A DNA stretch of 63,466 bases, the filler included, from Octopus bimaculoides (Eukaryota): assembly GCF_001194135.2 (NCBI RefSeq). It is 5 parts of 5 records of this genome, joined end to end, with 100 filler letters (N's around TTAATTAATTAA, not from the genome) between each part and the next. Parts side by side here need not be neighbours in the genome. Positions count along the whole stretch, not along the records: positions 1 to 29,363 come from NC_068981.1; 4 more parts are not named here. One strand, written 5' to 3'. The translations under genes and the position numbers were made by a program. Shown piece after piece: positions 13,257 to 27,894 of this stretch. The notes below the pieces were generated by a model, which saw only the letters and a program-made list of their open reading frames with translations, searched no databases and was not told the DNA's origin. Position 1 is the stretch's first letter. Each line of letters starts with the position of its first letter.

Positions 13257-14417
13257 CATTTGTGCAAAGATTATTATGGAATTCATCTGGAGCCCCCCGA
13301 CCCCATCCCTCCCAAACTTGGTAAAGATTTGCAGAGAAATGGCAATGTTGTCGAAAATAAATAGACAAAAGTTTCAAGTTTATAAAACACACCTGATCAC
13401 ACACACGCACACATACACACACATACGCGTACATACACACACGTGCACATACACACACATACACATATACGCACACACAAGACTATTTGATGTTATTTGA
13501 TCTAAGTCTTACTGTTAGCTAGATAAGTTTTCATCAATCGTCTCATAAAGCCAACATTTGGAGTTATTATTCAGTTAATTGTTAAGAAAAGAAGACAAGA
13601 AATTATAACTACTTCAAAGATTCTATATCATATTTCAAATGAAAACCACATTTAGAAATGTCATTATTGCCATTTCTAGAAGATATATCTTGAAATTGCA
13701 TTATCCGACATCTTGAAATGGTTTCCTTCATCTCAAAGGTTTTTATTTCAGACAAAAAATATTCTAAGTAGGAACATTTTTCTTATAATTGTTTTACAGA
13801 AGACTAAATTGTGCTGATAAATCATTCAATTTTTCTGATATGGCATGAGAGATGTTGGAAGATCCTTATGCCTTCAGTGAAATCTTGTTAGTAATACTTG
13901 TTCTTTCATAAAAGAGAGAAAACTTTATCAGATGAGGGAATGAAACACTCAGATCTTTCAGCTGCATAGATAATTTCTTTTATCAGTGCTACCTTCATCA
14001 AGTTGGTATAGTTTGTATTTTAGAGGGTTTTTTTTATACATTAACACTTCACTGTTCCATAATATTAAATTTAGGTAGCTTAAGTAAATATCTTTGATAT
14101 TTGACTACCAATTAAAATATGATGCAAACATATATGTATATATGTATGATTTTTCTTTGAGTTCAGTTTAGGTTCATTTTGAGAGAGTTCATACCTGTTG
14201 CTAACAAAGCGACAAGGCTTACTGGGTTCAGAGGGTTCTTGGTGTTTGTAAATATGTGGTTGAGTTATGTGTTGGTTGAACTGTTGATGCAACACACCCC
14301 AAGTGTAAACATCTATTCTCAGAAGAATCTCAGATAGAAAATTTTTGGAATATCTTATAAATTTTCACTGTGCCACTAATAGATTGAATTTGGAGAATCC
14401 ATGTCAGTTTCTTTTGC

Positions 14418-14456
<39 letters not shown>

Positions 14457-14978
14457 GGATGGCTGTTGACTCCAGTGACTTAATCTGCCCTTTAATAGAT
14501 GTTGTTATTTTGACCTGCAGAGTGCCTGATGAAAACCATCCTCTCTAGGAGAAAGAAACCTCTAATATAACACTTGTAACTTTGAATTCAATGATGTAGA
14601 TGAGTTTGTCTTCCTGTGCAAGTTCATACATTGTTGAAAGGGTGAGATTAGCTCTGCACAAAGCCTTTCCTCACTATAAAAAAACTTCAGGCACAAGCAT
14701 CACTTGATTTTTAACACTTCTATTATGCATTTCATACTGTGGCTGGCTGTAATCAAGAAAAACAAAACCCACAATGATAAATTCCATGATGGAGTGAAAG
14801 CATGCATTAGTGCAGATGGTAGCTCTCTGAATACCTGCTTCTAGAGGCACCCATCATTGTCATATCTGTGAAAAGGAATGAAAGCCATATCTGTGTTACT
14901 TTAAGAAAACAGTCAAGCATTGGTATTACTCAAAACTCAATGGCAGTCATTATGCATATATACATATATGTATGCATG

Positions 14979-15021
<43 letters not shown>

Positions 15022-16098
15022 NNNNNNNNNNNNNNNNNNNNNNNNNNNNNNNNNNNNNNNNNNNNNNNNNNNNNNNNNNNNNNNNNNNNNNNNNNNNNNN
15101 NNNNNNNNNNNNNNNNNNNNNNNNNNNNNNNNNNNNNNNNNNNNNNNNNNNNNNNNNNNNNNNNNNNNNNNNNNNNNNNNNNNNNNNNNNNNNNNNNNNN
15201 NNNNNNNNNNNNNNNNNNNNNNNNNNNNNNNNNNNNNNNNNNNNNNNNNNNNNNNNNNNNNNNNNNNNNNNNNNNNNNNNNNNNNNNNNNNNNNNNNNNN
15301 NNNNNNNNNNNNNNNNNNNNNNNNNNNNNNNNNNNNNNNNNNNNNNNNNNNNNNNNNNNNNNNNNNNNNAATTTAATAATCCTTTCTACTATAGGCACAA
15401 GGCCTGAAATTGTGGGGAAGGGGACAGTCAATCACATCAATCCCAGTCCTTGACTGATACTTAATTTATTGATCTCAAAAAGATGAAAGGCAAAGTTGAC
15501 ATCAGCAGAATTTGAAATTAGAACTAAAGACAGACGAAATCTCACAAAGCATTTTGCCCAACATGCTAACGATTCTGCCAGCTGACCACCTTTAATTAAA
15601 ATTTTTAAATAATAAAAAAATTGTATTCATACCCTGAATATCTTTCTGCCTACACTTTGGTACCAACGTTTGTATTCGTCTATAGTTGCTGTGTATGCAT
15701 TTTAATTTTGACCCAACCTGGTGCCATACCATTTCATGTGGAGGCTTACTGGCCACTTTTTCTCATCTTCTAAAAGGTATTTACCCAATTTTTTAATCTA
15801 TCTTTATGGTCTTCCTGCATTTGCGAATTCCTCTATTTTTTGTAGATTACCAACACATGTGACACTTATTAGTTTGTTTACAATATATGTATATATATAT
15901 ATTTATATATATTAAAATGTCCTTTGTTATCAATATTATTGGATTTAAAGAATTGTGAGTGCATTGGACAAAATGCCAAGTAGTACTTGCTAATGGTCTT
16001 TTACATTTTGAATTCAAATCTTGCTGGAGTCAACTTTGCCCTTAATCCTTCTAGAGTCACTACAATAATATACTGTTCAAATGCAGGGATTGATTTAA

Positions 16099-16304
16099 CA
16101 CTTTAGCATTTAAACTGGCCCGAATATTCTACCTGGTTTGTGCTCAAACTGACCAGATTTGGCTTCTCACATTTGCTCAACAATGTCATGCTAAATATAT
16201 ACAATTACATCATCAAAATTTCAAAGCTAAGAGATAATGCATGATTGATTCAAACCAATGTAAATAAGCATTACATTTGACAGAGTAATCTAAATGCTAA
16301 AGAA
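16099..16304. mobile_element. piggyBac-like MITE nested in a family-B SINE
   Basis: ttaa|cactttagcattt ... aaatgctaaagaa|ttaa; SINE sequence resumes on both sides; related ends at 7446 and about 17480. Confidence 0.65.
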
Positions 16305-16634
16305 TTAATCAACTACGCCCACCTCCTAAATTCATTGCCTTGTGCCATTATTAAAAGTTTTGTATTTTATGTAATAAGCCAACTTCTTAAACCGAATATT
16401 TAACAGAGTTGACTAGTGTTAAATATTTAATTATAAATTGAAATTAAGTCTTATTCTTCTGCAGTGAATTTTTTGATTGACATAAATTTCAGTTTTTATT
16501 GCATTACATTCAATGTCACCTTGTTAAAAAATGTATATAAACTAATACAAAAAACATTGAGAATTCGTTTGATTAATTCTTTAGTCAAAAGATGAGCAGT
16601 TAACCTCCATTTGTTTCAGAACAGCTAAAGCAGT

Positions 16635-16688
<54 letters not shown>

Positions 16689-17779
16689 GAGACCTGGAAC
16701 TTAGACGATTATGCTTGCAGTATAGTAATGTAATCTAAAGGCTTTTTTTTTATGGTGGTATTAAATCAGACGACATATTAAATCTATTATCAAAGTCATG
16801 CTTAGATCTGCTACAACAATTATTTCATTTAGTAAAAATGTATCACTGTATCATTATGGTCATATCTATTTATAAATGGTAAGTAGGGCATTATAACAGG
16901 GAACTTTTAAAAACCTTTGAACTTATCATATGGAACTCCAACCAGTACACATACAGGATTTCAAAAATAACGAATATATCAAAACTAATTAGTGCTTTCG
17001 CAAAAAAAAGTTGAAAGAAAAACTATCTCCAGTTCCAACACCAACGAATGTACAGTTTTATATTTACATAGTTATTCATTTGTCCCACCTTCAGCAAATA
17101 CAGTGAAGGTTATGATTCATTAAGGAGGTCAGAATAAGATGGAAACATGCTTGAAAAAAAAAAGACATGTAATTTCAACAAAAAAAATTAAAATAACATG
17201 ACTCATTTGCTAAGAATCTGTTTTCATCACTGTATATTTTTTTTAGTTAATTTTTTTGAAAACAGAGACTTCAGTGGAACCAACTAAGAAATGAAATGAC
17301 TCATCGTAGGACCAATACTTTATTTTATGTAAAAGAAATGTCATAATGAAAAACAGGTTTTAAAATAACATAAAACATCAAAAAAGTCTTGATATTTTTA
17401 CAATGACAATGTTAGGTGGGTATAAAAGGCCAGATCTAGCCAGTTTTGAACATAAAACAGGTTTGAATCCAAAAGGTTAAGTTGTCTCAAAGCCTTCCTG
17501 CATTTGCGAATTCCTTTATTTTCTGTAGAATACACACACATGTGGCACTTATAAGTTTGCTTACAAAACGTTCTTACATTCCAAAAGCTATTATTTAGCA
17601 TTATAAAACGGAATCTGTCTTCAGGGATCTCTTAGCTTAATGGTTCTTTATTTTTATTTTTAATCCACTAATACTAATTAATTCTTTCAAACATGTTGAA
17701 TATTGTTATCAACACCAAGTTCCCTTAACTAATACAGTCAATTATAGGGGTACTACTCTAGATGCTTTTGCAGTCAGCT

Positions 17780-17945
17780 GTTGCCACTGCTCTCTCTTTT
17801 GCCCTCCCTCAGTTGTACCTTGAAGGATGGTTTTGGACAGGGAGTTGTGGTGGGATATGTGACTATACCAGGCAAGCTTCTGTCTTTTTACCTGCATAAG
17901 GAATGGTTCATCTCTGCCAGTGTATTTGTTGAATATGTGCTGGTT
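17780..17945 (-). mobile_element. RTE-type LINE C-terminal fragment (second RTE family)
   Basis: VKRQKLAWYSHISHHNSLSKTILQGTTEGG resembles RTE RRKLAWFGHV..HDSLSKTILQGTLEG. Confidence 0.7.
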
Positions 17946-17983
17946 AAAATGAGGAGGGGAAGTTGGAGCAAAATATAAATGGT

Positions 17984-18324
17984 AAAGACACCCTTTGGTC
18001 ATAAATGACCATGGGATTGCACCTAGAAAATTACCTTCCGAGGCACAAGTCCAGGCAAGGTTGCTTATGGAAGACCAGCAGTTGGCCATGCATACCAGCC
18101 TCCATTTTCCTCCCCATGCCATTGATGTTGTCCGAGGGAAAGGCAAAGGCCAATACAGCTTGGCACCAGTGGCATTGCAACTCATTTCTACAGCTGAGTA
18201 AACTGGAGAAATGTGAAATAAGACGTCTTGCTGAAGAACACAACACACAGCCCAGTCTGGGAATTGAACTCACTATCTCATGATTGTGAGCCTGACGCTC
18301 TAACCACTGAGTCATGCATCTTCA
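17984..18324 (-). mobile_element. tRNA-derived SINE family E (tail type Z)
   Basis: Reverse complement of 18569-18900; third copy at 42780-43120 (-). Confidence 0.85.
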
Positions 18325-18568
18325 TGAGAGCAAAATATACAGCAATCAAAATCTGTTGAATTAAAACCAACCATCCCAGAATTTCAAACTTTGTGACTTT
18401 CTCCAAAGTTTAAAATGTTTATTTTCAACACAGGAAACCAATAAAATATCAACAGTGAACTCCCTTGCTGCCAACACTGGAGGATCATCATCAGAACACC
18501 AAACCTCATTGATGTTTTGGCCATTTAAGTACCGCACATCTCTATTTGGTTGGACATTACTGCAATGG

Positions 18569-18900
18569 TGTGAAGGCGCATGGCTCAGTGGTTAGAGCAT
18601 CGAGCTTACGATTGTGAGGTTGTGAGTTTGAATTCTGGACCGGGCTGCGTGTTGTGCTCTTGAGCAAGACACTTTATTCCACGTTGCTCCAGTTCACTCA
18701 GCTGTAGAAATGAGTTGTGACGTCAATGGTGCCAAGCTGTATCGGCCTTGCCTTTCCCTTGGATAACACTGGTGGCATGGTTAGGGGTGGCTGGTATGCA
18801 TGGGCGACTGCTGGTCTTCCGTAAACAACCTTGCCTGGAATTGTGCCTGGGAGGGTAACTTTCTAGGTGCAATCCCATGGTCAGTTATGACCAAAGGGGG
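18569..18900 (+). mobile_element. tRNA-derived SINE family E (tail type Z)
   Basis: A box tggctcagtgg, B-box-like gagtttgaattc, central gttgtgctcttgagcaagacacttt. Confidence 0.85.
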
Positions 18901-19359
18901 TTTCAGCAACTGCAATGGCATACCTTACCCAATACCTCTACCAGTAATGCTTGCCAACTCTTGCCCTCCCTGCATGAACCAAGCTCTGCTGTCTTACAAA
19001 TTATAATGATGAAGAACCAACAAGGGGGCTTCTATGACCTGATAGAAGTATCATTCAGATCTCAAATCATACCTTACAGCCTTAAACAGGGAAGACAATG
19101 CACTGGATAAGGTAGTCTGAAAATACACTATTCCAGGAAATAGGACAGGATGGTCATGCTGGAAAGAATTGACTTGGTATTAAACAAGAACAAGGGTAAC
19201 TATATTGCTGATGAATATAGAGTGTATGCAGTTTCTTCATTTTTATTTAAACACAAGTATCAAATTAAATAAACCGTTAGGGTCAAGAGGATCTTTTAGT
19301 CATGTCGAGGACATGACAGTCTCTCTAGTTCCAGCATGGAACAAGGAGATTGAATGATA

Positions 19360-19400
<41 letters not shown>

Positions 19401-19424
19401 AATGATAATGAAGATGATATTCTC

Positions 19425-19640
19425 ATTGTTTAACGTCCGCTTTCCATGCTGGCAAGGTTTGGATGGTTTGACATGGAGCTGGCTAACAGGGAGCTGTCCA
19501 GACTCCAACTGTCTGTTATAGCATGGTTTCTACAGCTGGATGCCCTTCCCAATTACAACTACTTAACAGAGTGTACTGGGTGCTTCTTATGTGCCACCAG
19601 CATGGGTGCATTAATGCAGCACCGGCATGAGTACATTAAT
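19425..19640 (-). mobile_element. RTE 3' UTR copy
   Basis: gtttaacgtccgctttccatgctgg...cagctggatgcccttcc; similar minus copies at 23405-23700 and 25075-25440. Confidence 0.75.
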
Positions 19641-20848
19641 GTAGCACCAGCACAGGTGGTTTTTAAAGCGATTTTATTTAGCTTGAGGTGTCTTATCAAG
19701 TACAAGTCTCCACATCTCTCAGTCCTTTGTCATTTCCTCAGTGGGGCCCAGCATCCAAATATAAATATACATACATACATACATACATACATANNNNNNN
19801 NNNTATATATATATATGTATATGTATAAAGTGAGGAGAAAGGATTAGTCATACAAACACATGTATATGTATGCACACACTCTATACACACACACACTTAG
19901 ACATCTATAAAATACACTATGCAGAATGCTTGTTAATGAGGGGCTGTGAACATCCAAGAGGCTCTGGTAAAAAGCCATGTTTTAATGAACAATCTACTGA
20001 AATACTTTAGTCTTCTACTCTATCAATACCCTAGGTATTTCCTATCTTTTAACAATACTCTGATAGATCAAAACAAATAAACTGAAATGGTTTTCAAGCA
20101 ATTTATGTCAGATTTCATTTTTATCAAACGAGAGACCTTTAAGTTGAAGATGGTGTTAATGATCATTGTAAATACAAGGTGAAGACGATGATGGTTGTAG
20201 TTTTCTAGAAGTTTCTGTACCTTAACTAAGATCTTGAGACAAAATCAAACATAAATAAATATGAAATTTAGGAATGATAAATAACTATCAACATTTAAAA
20301 GGAAAAAAATGGATAAAAGTGGTTCATTATATAATTTTCAGTGAAGTCTCTTGACATTAATAATATAACATAAAGATATCAACAAAGTACATCATAGTTT
20401 AAATTGCAAAGTACTGTGACGTTAATATCATAATATATAATACAGGAACAAATACATCATGACAATAAATATTCAAATATTGAGTTGACATAATCACTGC
20501 TGTAGCCTCCTCCTCCTCCCCCTCCTCACAATAACAACAACAACGATTTCAAATTTTGGCATGAAACCAATAATTTCACAGGAGGTGGTTTAGTCAATTA
20601 CGTCAATCCCCAAAATCAAGTTTTACTTATTTTGATGACGATGATGATATATATATATATATAGGCACAAAGCCTGAAATTTTGAGGGAGCGGGATAGTT
20701 GATTACCAGTGCTCAACTGGTACTTATTTTATTGAGCCTGAAAAGATGAAAGGCAAAGTTGGCGGAATTTGAACTCAGAATGTAAGGATGGACAAAACAC
20801 TGTTAAGCATTTTTCATGGAGTGCTAATGATTCTGCCAGCTCACTGCC

Positions 20849-20925
<77 letters not shown>

Positions 20926-21427
20926 NNNNNNNNNNNNNNNNNNNNNNNNNNNNNNNNNNNNNNNNNNNNNNNNNNNNNNNNNNNNNNNNNNNNNNNNNNN
21001 NNNNNNNNNNNNNNNNNNNNNNNNNNNNNNNNNNNNNNNNNNNNNNNNNNNNNNNNNNNNNNNNNNNNNNNNNNNNNNNNNNNNNNNNNNNNNNNNNNNN
21101 NNNNNNNNNNNNNNNNNNNNNNNNNNNNNNNNNNNNNNNNNNNNNNNNNNNNNNNNNNNNNNNNNNNNNNNNNNNNNNNNNNNNNNNNNNNNNNNNNNNN
21201 NNNNNNNNNNNNNNNNNNNNNNNNNNNNNNNNNNNNNNNNNNNNNNNNNNNNNNNNNNNNNNNNNNNNNNNNNNNNNNNNNNNNNNNNNNNNNNNNNNNN
21301 NNNNNNNNNNNNNNNNNNNNNNNNNNNNNNNNNNNNNNNNNNNNNNNNNNNNNNNNNNNNNNNNNNNNNNNNNNNNNNNNNNNNNNNNNNNNNNNNNNNN
21401 NNNNNNNNNNNNNNNNNNNNNNNNNNG

Positions 21428-22372
21428 TTGAATTTGGTTCGATTTTGATTTCAAATTCACTTGCCTCAACAGGTCTTCGCAAGCAGAGTTTAGTGTCCAA
21501 TGAAGTAAAGATACGAATGAGTGAGCTGGCTACACTTCTGGCAGAGGCCACAGATTATGCTCTCACTTGGCTTGCCAGGTCTTCTCACGTACTGCATATT
21601 TCCAAAGGTCCCGGTCACTAGTCATTGCCTCAGTGAGGCCTAAAGTTCGAAGGTCGTGCTTCACCACCTCATCCCAGGTCTTCCTGGGTCTACCTCTTCC
21701 ACAGGTTCCCTCAGCCGCTAGGGTGTGGCACTTTTTCACACAGCTATCCTCATCGATTCTTGCCACATGCCCATACCAGCGCAATCGTCTCTCTTGCACA
21801 ACTAAGGCTTCTGAGGTCTAACTTTTCTTTCAAGGTACTTACACTCTGTTGAGTAAGCACACTGACATTACACATCTATTGGAGCATACTGGCTTCGTTT
21901 CTTGTGAGCTTACACATGTCCTCAGCAGTCATGGCCCATGTTTCACTGCCATGTAGCATGGCAGTTTGTACACATGCATCATACAGTCTGCTTTTTACTA
22001 TGAGTGAGAGGCCCTTTGTCACCAGCAGAGGTAAGAGCACTCTGAACTTTGCCCAGGCTATTCTTATTCTAGCAGCTACATTTTCAGCCCACCCTCCCCC
22101 GCTACAAACTTGGTCGCCTAGGTAGCGGAAGCTATCAACTACTTTTAGGTTTTCTCCCTGGGGTGTGGCAAAGGTTGTTTTCTGCACATTTTCAGTGTTT
22201 ATTGCTCCTGAGCATCTACCACATACAAAAACTATCTTGCTAGTTAGCCTTCCTCTGATATTGCTGCACCTCTTATTTGTCCATAGCTTACACTGGGTAC
22301 ATCTTATGAAGTTTCTACCTATGCCTTTTCTACAGATCAAGCAGGGCCATGGTCCAGGAATCAAACTCATGA
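21428..22372 (-). mobile_element. RTE LINE 3' half
   Basis: WPCLICRKGIGRNFIRCTQC, VVDSFRYLGD, AMLHGSETW, RRLRWYGHVARIDED, GRGRPRKTW; collinear with 61.9-62.5 kb. Confidence 0.9.
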
Positions 22373-22557
22373 TCTGGCAATTGTGTGTGCAACACCCTAA
22401 TCACTAGGTCAAGTGCCTTCACATATTCTTTTATACACATACCCAAATCTTCTCAAAAGAAAGCATATCTAATATAACTATCTCATATACTTCCATCTTC
22501 AAAAAACACTGCAAAATCCAACCACTACTCAATGTCATATTGCACCCAAACTATGAA

Positions 22558-22638
<81 letters not shown>

Positions 22639-22867
22639 CACATGTATGCATGTACATATACATATAATGGCTTGTACAACAAACTCTTTTCTAATATGCT
22701 CCTTTTTGATTACCATCAACGTCAATAAAGCATTTGGCTCCGTTCTTTACCATCCGTTTGTGTGTGATACTAAACAACTCATTGAGAAACAACACTGGCT
22801 AAGAAATTATCTCTGAAGTTGTAAGTTTGAAATGGAATACCACAAAGATGTAGGAGTGACTGTGAGG

Positions 22868-23280
22868 CATAGGAGTGGCTGTGTGGTAAGTAGCTTGCTT
22901 ACAAACCGTATGGTTCCAAGTTCAGTCCCACTGCGTGGCACCTTGGGCAAGTGTTTTCTACTATAGCCTCGGGCTGACCAAAGCCTTATGAGTGGATTTG
23001 GTAGACGGAAACTGAAAGAAGCCCGTTGTATATATATATATACATATATGTATGTGTGTGTATATGTTTGTGTGTATGTGTTTGTCCCCCGCCCAACATC
23101 GCTTGACAACCGATGCTGGTGTATTTACGTCCCCGTAACTTAGTGGTTTGGCAAAAGAGACCGATAGAATAAGTACTAGGCTTACAAAGAATAAGTCCTG
23201 GGGTTGATTTGCTCACTAAAGGTGGTGCTCCAGCATGGCCACAGTCAAATGACAAGTAAAAGAGAGAAAGTAAAAAGAGT
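22868..23280 (+). mobile_element. tRNA-derived SINE family A, near full length
   Basis: ggagtggctgtgtggtaag (A box), gttcagtcccactg (B-box-like), internal (TG)n, tail gtcaaatgac..aagtaaaagag. Other copies 26019-26430 (+), 30215-30370 (-), 37575-37690 (-), 38665-39080 (-), 46640-46870 (+), 53280-53480 (+), 60185-60420 (+), 12320-12540 (-). Confidence 0.9.
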
Positions 23281-24553
23281 ATAGTTTTCAGCATTGATCT
23301 CACTGTGTGGCACCTTGTCTTCTACAATAGCTTTGGATTGAACTGCAAGTAATTTGTGCACTGGAAACCTGTAATCAACAACACTATTGTTTACCAACCA
23401 GAATCATCATCATCATCACCATCATTTAATGCCTGTTTTCCATGATGGCATGGGTTGGATGGTTTGACAGGAGCTGGTCATCTGGAGAGCTGCACCAGGC
23501 TCCAATTATCTGTTCTGGCATAGTTTCTACAGCTGGATACCCTTCCCAACACCAACCACTTTACAAAGTATACTGGGTGCTTTTTTTACGTGGCGTTTTA
23601 CTGGGTGCTTTTTATGTACCAGTGCTATTATGTAACACCAGCAAGGATGCTTTATACATGGCACTGGCACAAGTTCATTTTTATGTGGCACTGGCATGGG
23701 TGCTTTTTACATGGCACAAATAAGCTCTCTTGAACATTACTGCAGCAGTCTCCTAAGAACATTATCTGTTTCCTAATTCAGTTCAGACAGGCATAAAAAA
23801 AACACCTAAACACAAAAAAATTACAGCAGCATTTTTTATCTCATTAGCTTCAAATACTATAGTTGGATGTGCAGAGCAAATGATAAATGCAGAGAAGCAA
23901 CAACTGTCACATTCCAACAGAGTTTGTCTTGCTTGCCTCTGTTGTTGCTACTACCAGAATCTACAGACATACAGAAACAGACTGGACAGAGGAGACAATT
24001 CAACATTCTCCAAATGCTAAACTACACCACATACGTAATTAACCACTACATGTCAGAATGTGAAATGTCATTGGCAACTAGACAGAAATAAACCTGGAGC
24101 TGCAGATCTGTGAATCATATCTAGTTAGTTGGTTGACTATCTGCATGGCATAGGTCTACTTGCTTAGAACTGATCTGGGGTTACGCAATAACAACAACAA
24201 CAACAACAAAATCAAAGTGAAAACCTCTATGCAGTCATTTGATCTGTTAGAAATAGTGGTCAAATCCCAAACTATTATATTAAAAAAAAGGAAATATCCA
24301 TTAGAAAATGTAGTCAAATGTCAGATTTTTTTCTTATTCTTCTTGGAAACCATCTACTCTGTTGTGGAAACTTTTCCTATCTGCTGATATGGCACCAATG
24401 ACTATCTTCACTCATATTTTACAGTTATACTTTGATACACTCTGCCTGAAAAAATAAAATCTGAAAAAAGTGGCCTGAAATTAAACAGCAGCAACAACAA
24501 CCACAATAGCCACTACCACCGTCACCACCACATCCTTATTGGTATCACCACCA

Positions 24554-24592
<39 letters not shown>

Positions 24593-26536
24593 TCACCATA
24601 GCAGCTGTGTAATGCAAAAGAGTTGTATAAATCCATTTATTTTTCCATATGAATTTAGATAACTCATTTGATTTTTCCAAATATATCCATTAACTAAAAT
24701 CTTCCCAAGATAAAAGTCAACAAATAAAAATGTACTAAATACATAAAAATCAAACTTCAAGCAAATTAGGTAAATGAAATTGGTTATTTTTACAATTTTC
24801 TTGGACACATATTTGAACTGCTTAACCCCCAATAATTTCTGCTCAGTTGTTACTGAAAACTAAAAAACAACAAGAAAGTATACAACAGAAAAATTAAAAA
24901 AGAAGAAAAAAAGAAAATAGAAAATGATAAAACCCCTAAAGATGCAATTTTAGTTTTCTAGCATTATCATCATCATTTGATGTCCATTTTCTACAGGTTA
25001 AACAGTTCAATAGTATATACATATTAATTTATTGTCTATTTATTTATGTACTTATTTATGCCGTCAAACATTCATCATCATCATCAGCATCATCATTGTT
25101 TAACGTTTGCCTTCCATACTAGCTTGGGTGGGATGGTTTGACAGGAGCCAGCCAGGCAGAGGCCTGTACCAGACTTCTGTAACTGTTTTGGTAGGAGTTT
25201 TACAGCTGGATGCCCTTCCTAACACCAACCACTCAACAGAGTGGATTAGTGCTTTTTTTCATGGCACAATCAAAGGCAAGGTGAGTAGTGCATTTTACAT
25301 GGCACAAGCATAGGTGAGGTGTGTTTTAGCAAGGTTTTTACAGCTGGATGCTCTTCCAAATGCCAACCACTTTACAGTGTGGACTGGGTGCTTTTAAGTG
25401 GCACCTACACTGACCGGGTCACCAAGCACTTGCAAGTGCAAAAAAAATCCCCAAAAAAACTCTTTTGAGAGGGGAGAGGGCATTGGAAGAGGTGCTCTTG
25501 TGTCGGCTGATAAAATGGTATAGTGAGGTAGAGAGACAGAAACAGATGTCTTGCTGTAGAGGAGGTACAAGGCTACCCAGCTGGAGAGAGAGAGAGGGAG
25601 GGAGAGGGAGAGAGAGAGAGAGAGNNNNNNNNNNNNNNNNNNNNNNNNNNNNNNNNNNNNNNNNNNNNNNNNNNNNNNNNNNNNNNNNNNNNNNNNNNNN
25701 NNNNNNNNNNNNNNNNNNNNNNNNNNNNNNNNNNNNNNNNNNNNNNNNNNNNNNNNNNNNNNNNNNNNNNNNNNNNNNNNNNNNNNNNNNNNNNNNNNNN
25801 NNNNNNNNNNNNNNNNNNNNNNNNNNNNNNNNNNNNNNNNNNNNNNNNNNNNNNNNNNNNNNNNNNNNNNNNNNNNNNNNNNNNNNNNNNNNNNNNNNNN
25901 NNNNNNNNNNNNNNNNNNNNNNNNNNNNNNNNNNNNNNNNNNNNNNNNNNNNNNNGATAAAGAGAGTGGGAGACAGCAGCCCACTAGCAAATACACAAAG
26001 CATGTACATTAAGTATAGGTGCAGGAGTGGCTGTGTGGTAAGTAGCTTGCTTACCAACCACATGGTTCCAGTTTCAGTCCCACTGCGCGGTACCTTGGGC
26101 AAGTGTCTTCTACTATAGCCTCAGGCCGACCAAGGCCTTGTGAGTGGATTTGGTAGATGGAAACTGAAAAAAGCCCGTCGTATATGTATATATATGCGTG
26201 TGTGTGTGTGTTTGTGTATCTGTGTTTGTCTCCCCAACATTGCTTGACAACCGATGCCGGTGTGTTTACTTCCCCGTAACTTAGCGGTTCGGCAATAGAG
26301 ACTGATAGAATAATTACTAGGCTTACAAAGAATAAGTCCTGGGGTCGATTTTCTTGACTAAAAGCGGTGCTCCAACATGGCCACGCAGTCAAATGACTGA
26401 AACAAGTAAAAGAGTAAAAAAATAAAAGAGTGGTTGATAATGTTTAATACACTAGCACTACTTCCATTTCATATTTGAAGATACATATTATATACATGTA
26501 TTCATGTACATATATATATATATATTATAAATATAC

Positions 26537-26580
<44 letters not shown>

Positions 26581-26837
26581 GCACACACGTGCACACACAC
26601 ACATATACATATACATATTAATTTACAAACTATTAATATATTTATTAAGGTGTCAAAATGGCTGAATTGTTAGAGCTTCAGATAGGATACATCATGCTGT
26701 TTGTTCCTGCTCTCTACATTCTGAGTTCAAGTCCTACCTAGGTCAACATTGCCTTTCATCTTTTTGAAATAAAAAAAAATGTAATATTAGTCCTGGGTGA
26801 AGCACTGAAATATTGATGCACAAACAGGTGGCTATAC

Positions 26838-26949
26838 CTGTGGACAACTATAATCCACTGCCAAAGATTGAAACAGATGGAGATTTTTTGTTGGAACCCT
26901 ATGATCCACATGGAATCAAATGAATTGCAAAAACATTCATGGTGATAGC
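26838..26949 (-). CDS. Candidate internal exon, product unknown
   Basis: Acceptor aactttcttccag|g, donor cag|gtatag, one open frame xYHHECFCNSFDSMWIIGFQQKISICFNLWQWIIVVH; no homology recognised. Confidence 0.25.
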
Positions 26950-27894
26950 CTGGAAGAAAGTTACAACTTCAAAAGGGAAACCTTACAGCATCTGTTTTGG
27001 CTCTGCAGGATCTGAGTTCAAATCCTGCTTTCTGTCAACAAAAATGATGATAGGCGTAAGAAGTAATTCAACCAATGCAGAAGTATTTCTGCTGATTACT
27101 CTCAAAGTTAATGACCAATTGGTAGGAGAGGATATAAGGGGATAGTTAAGTCCCTTCAACAAGCAAACAATTTGTTTAGTTATTTCTAAGGTCTTCATCA
27201 GTCAATGATAATAATGCATCTACATGTGTGTATGTGTGTGCACGTGCACGTGTGTGTGCATGTGTGTGTGCAGGCCAGGGCAAAATTTTTTCTTTAAAGA
27301 AGACTTTGGTTATTAAATATACGAAATTGTATGAAAATATCAGAAAAACAAGGGGGTTTCATTATTATATATAATTACAACTGTTTCATGTAGAGATATG
27401 TGAGTTAAATAGATTGAAGATTTTATAAACTTGAATAATCATAAACAAATTTGTAGTATATAAGAGTTTGTACTGAGTTTATATTAGTTAATTAGTTCTG
27501 TATATTATATTTGTGATGTTCATAGTTTATTGAAAAAATAAAAGCTTTTATAATATGGTTATTAGGAGTTATCAATAAGTTAAATAAACTGATTTGTTGT
27601 AGAACAATTTAGATAATTTAGACAATAAATGTGGTTGCCAAGGCATCCAAATCTCCCATCTCTATGATACCAGTGTTTATCTAAGGGCCACCAACTAAAG
27701 TCAATACTGATGAACACAGGGATGTCACAGGCATTGTTGTTAAAACACAATGAACCAGCGTGAATACCACTAGGAATCTTGCCTGGCCCTCTAACTATCA
27801 AAAAGATGTAAGACAAAGTTTACCTTGGTGGGATTTGAACTCAGAGTGCAGAGAGGAAGAATGAATACTACATTTAGTTAGTTACATACTAACT

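Noticed and set aside
14460-14700. Exon-like segment with splice signals on both strands
   Set aside because: Stops occur in all frames between the best splice sites and no homology is recognised.
15808-17565. About 70-bp direct repeat (15808-15880 and 17492-17565)
   Set aside because: Short and without open frames or clear structure; probably a fragment of an old dispersed repeat.
27580-27816. 78-aa minus-strand ORF with a pyrimidine-rich acceptor
   Set aside because: The acceptor comes from a SINE remnant, there is no convincing donor and no recognisable domain.
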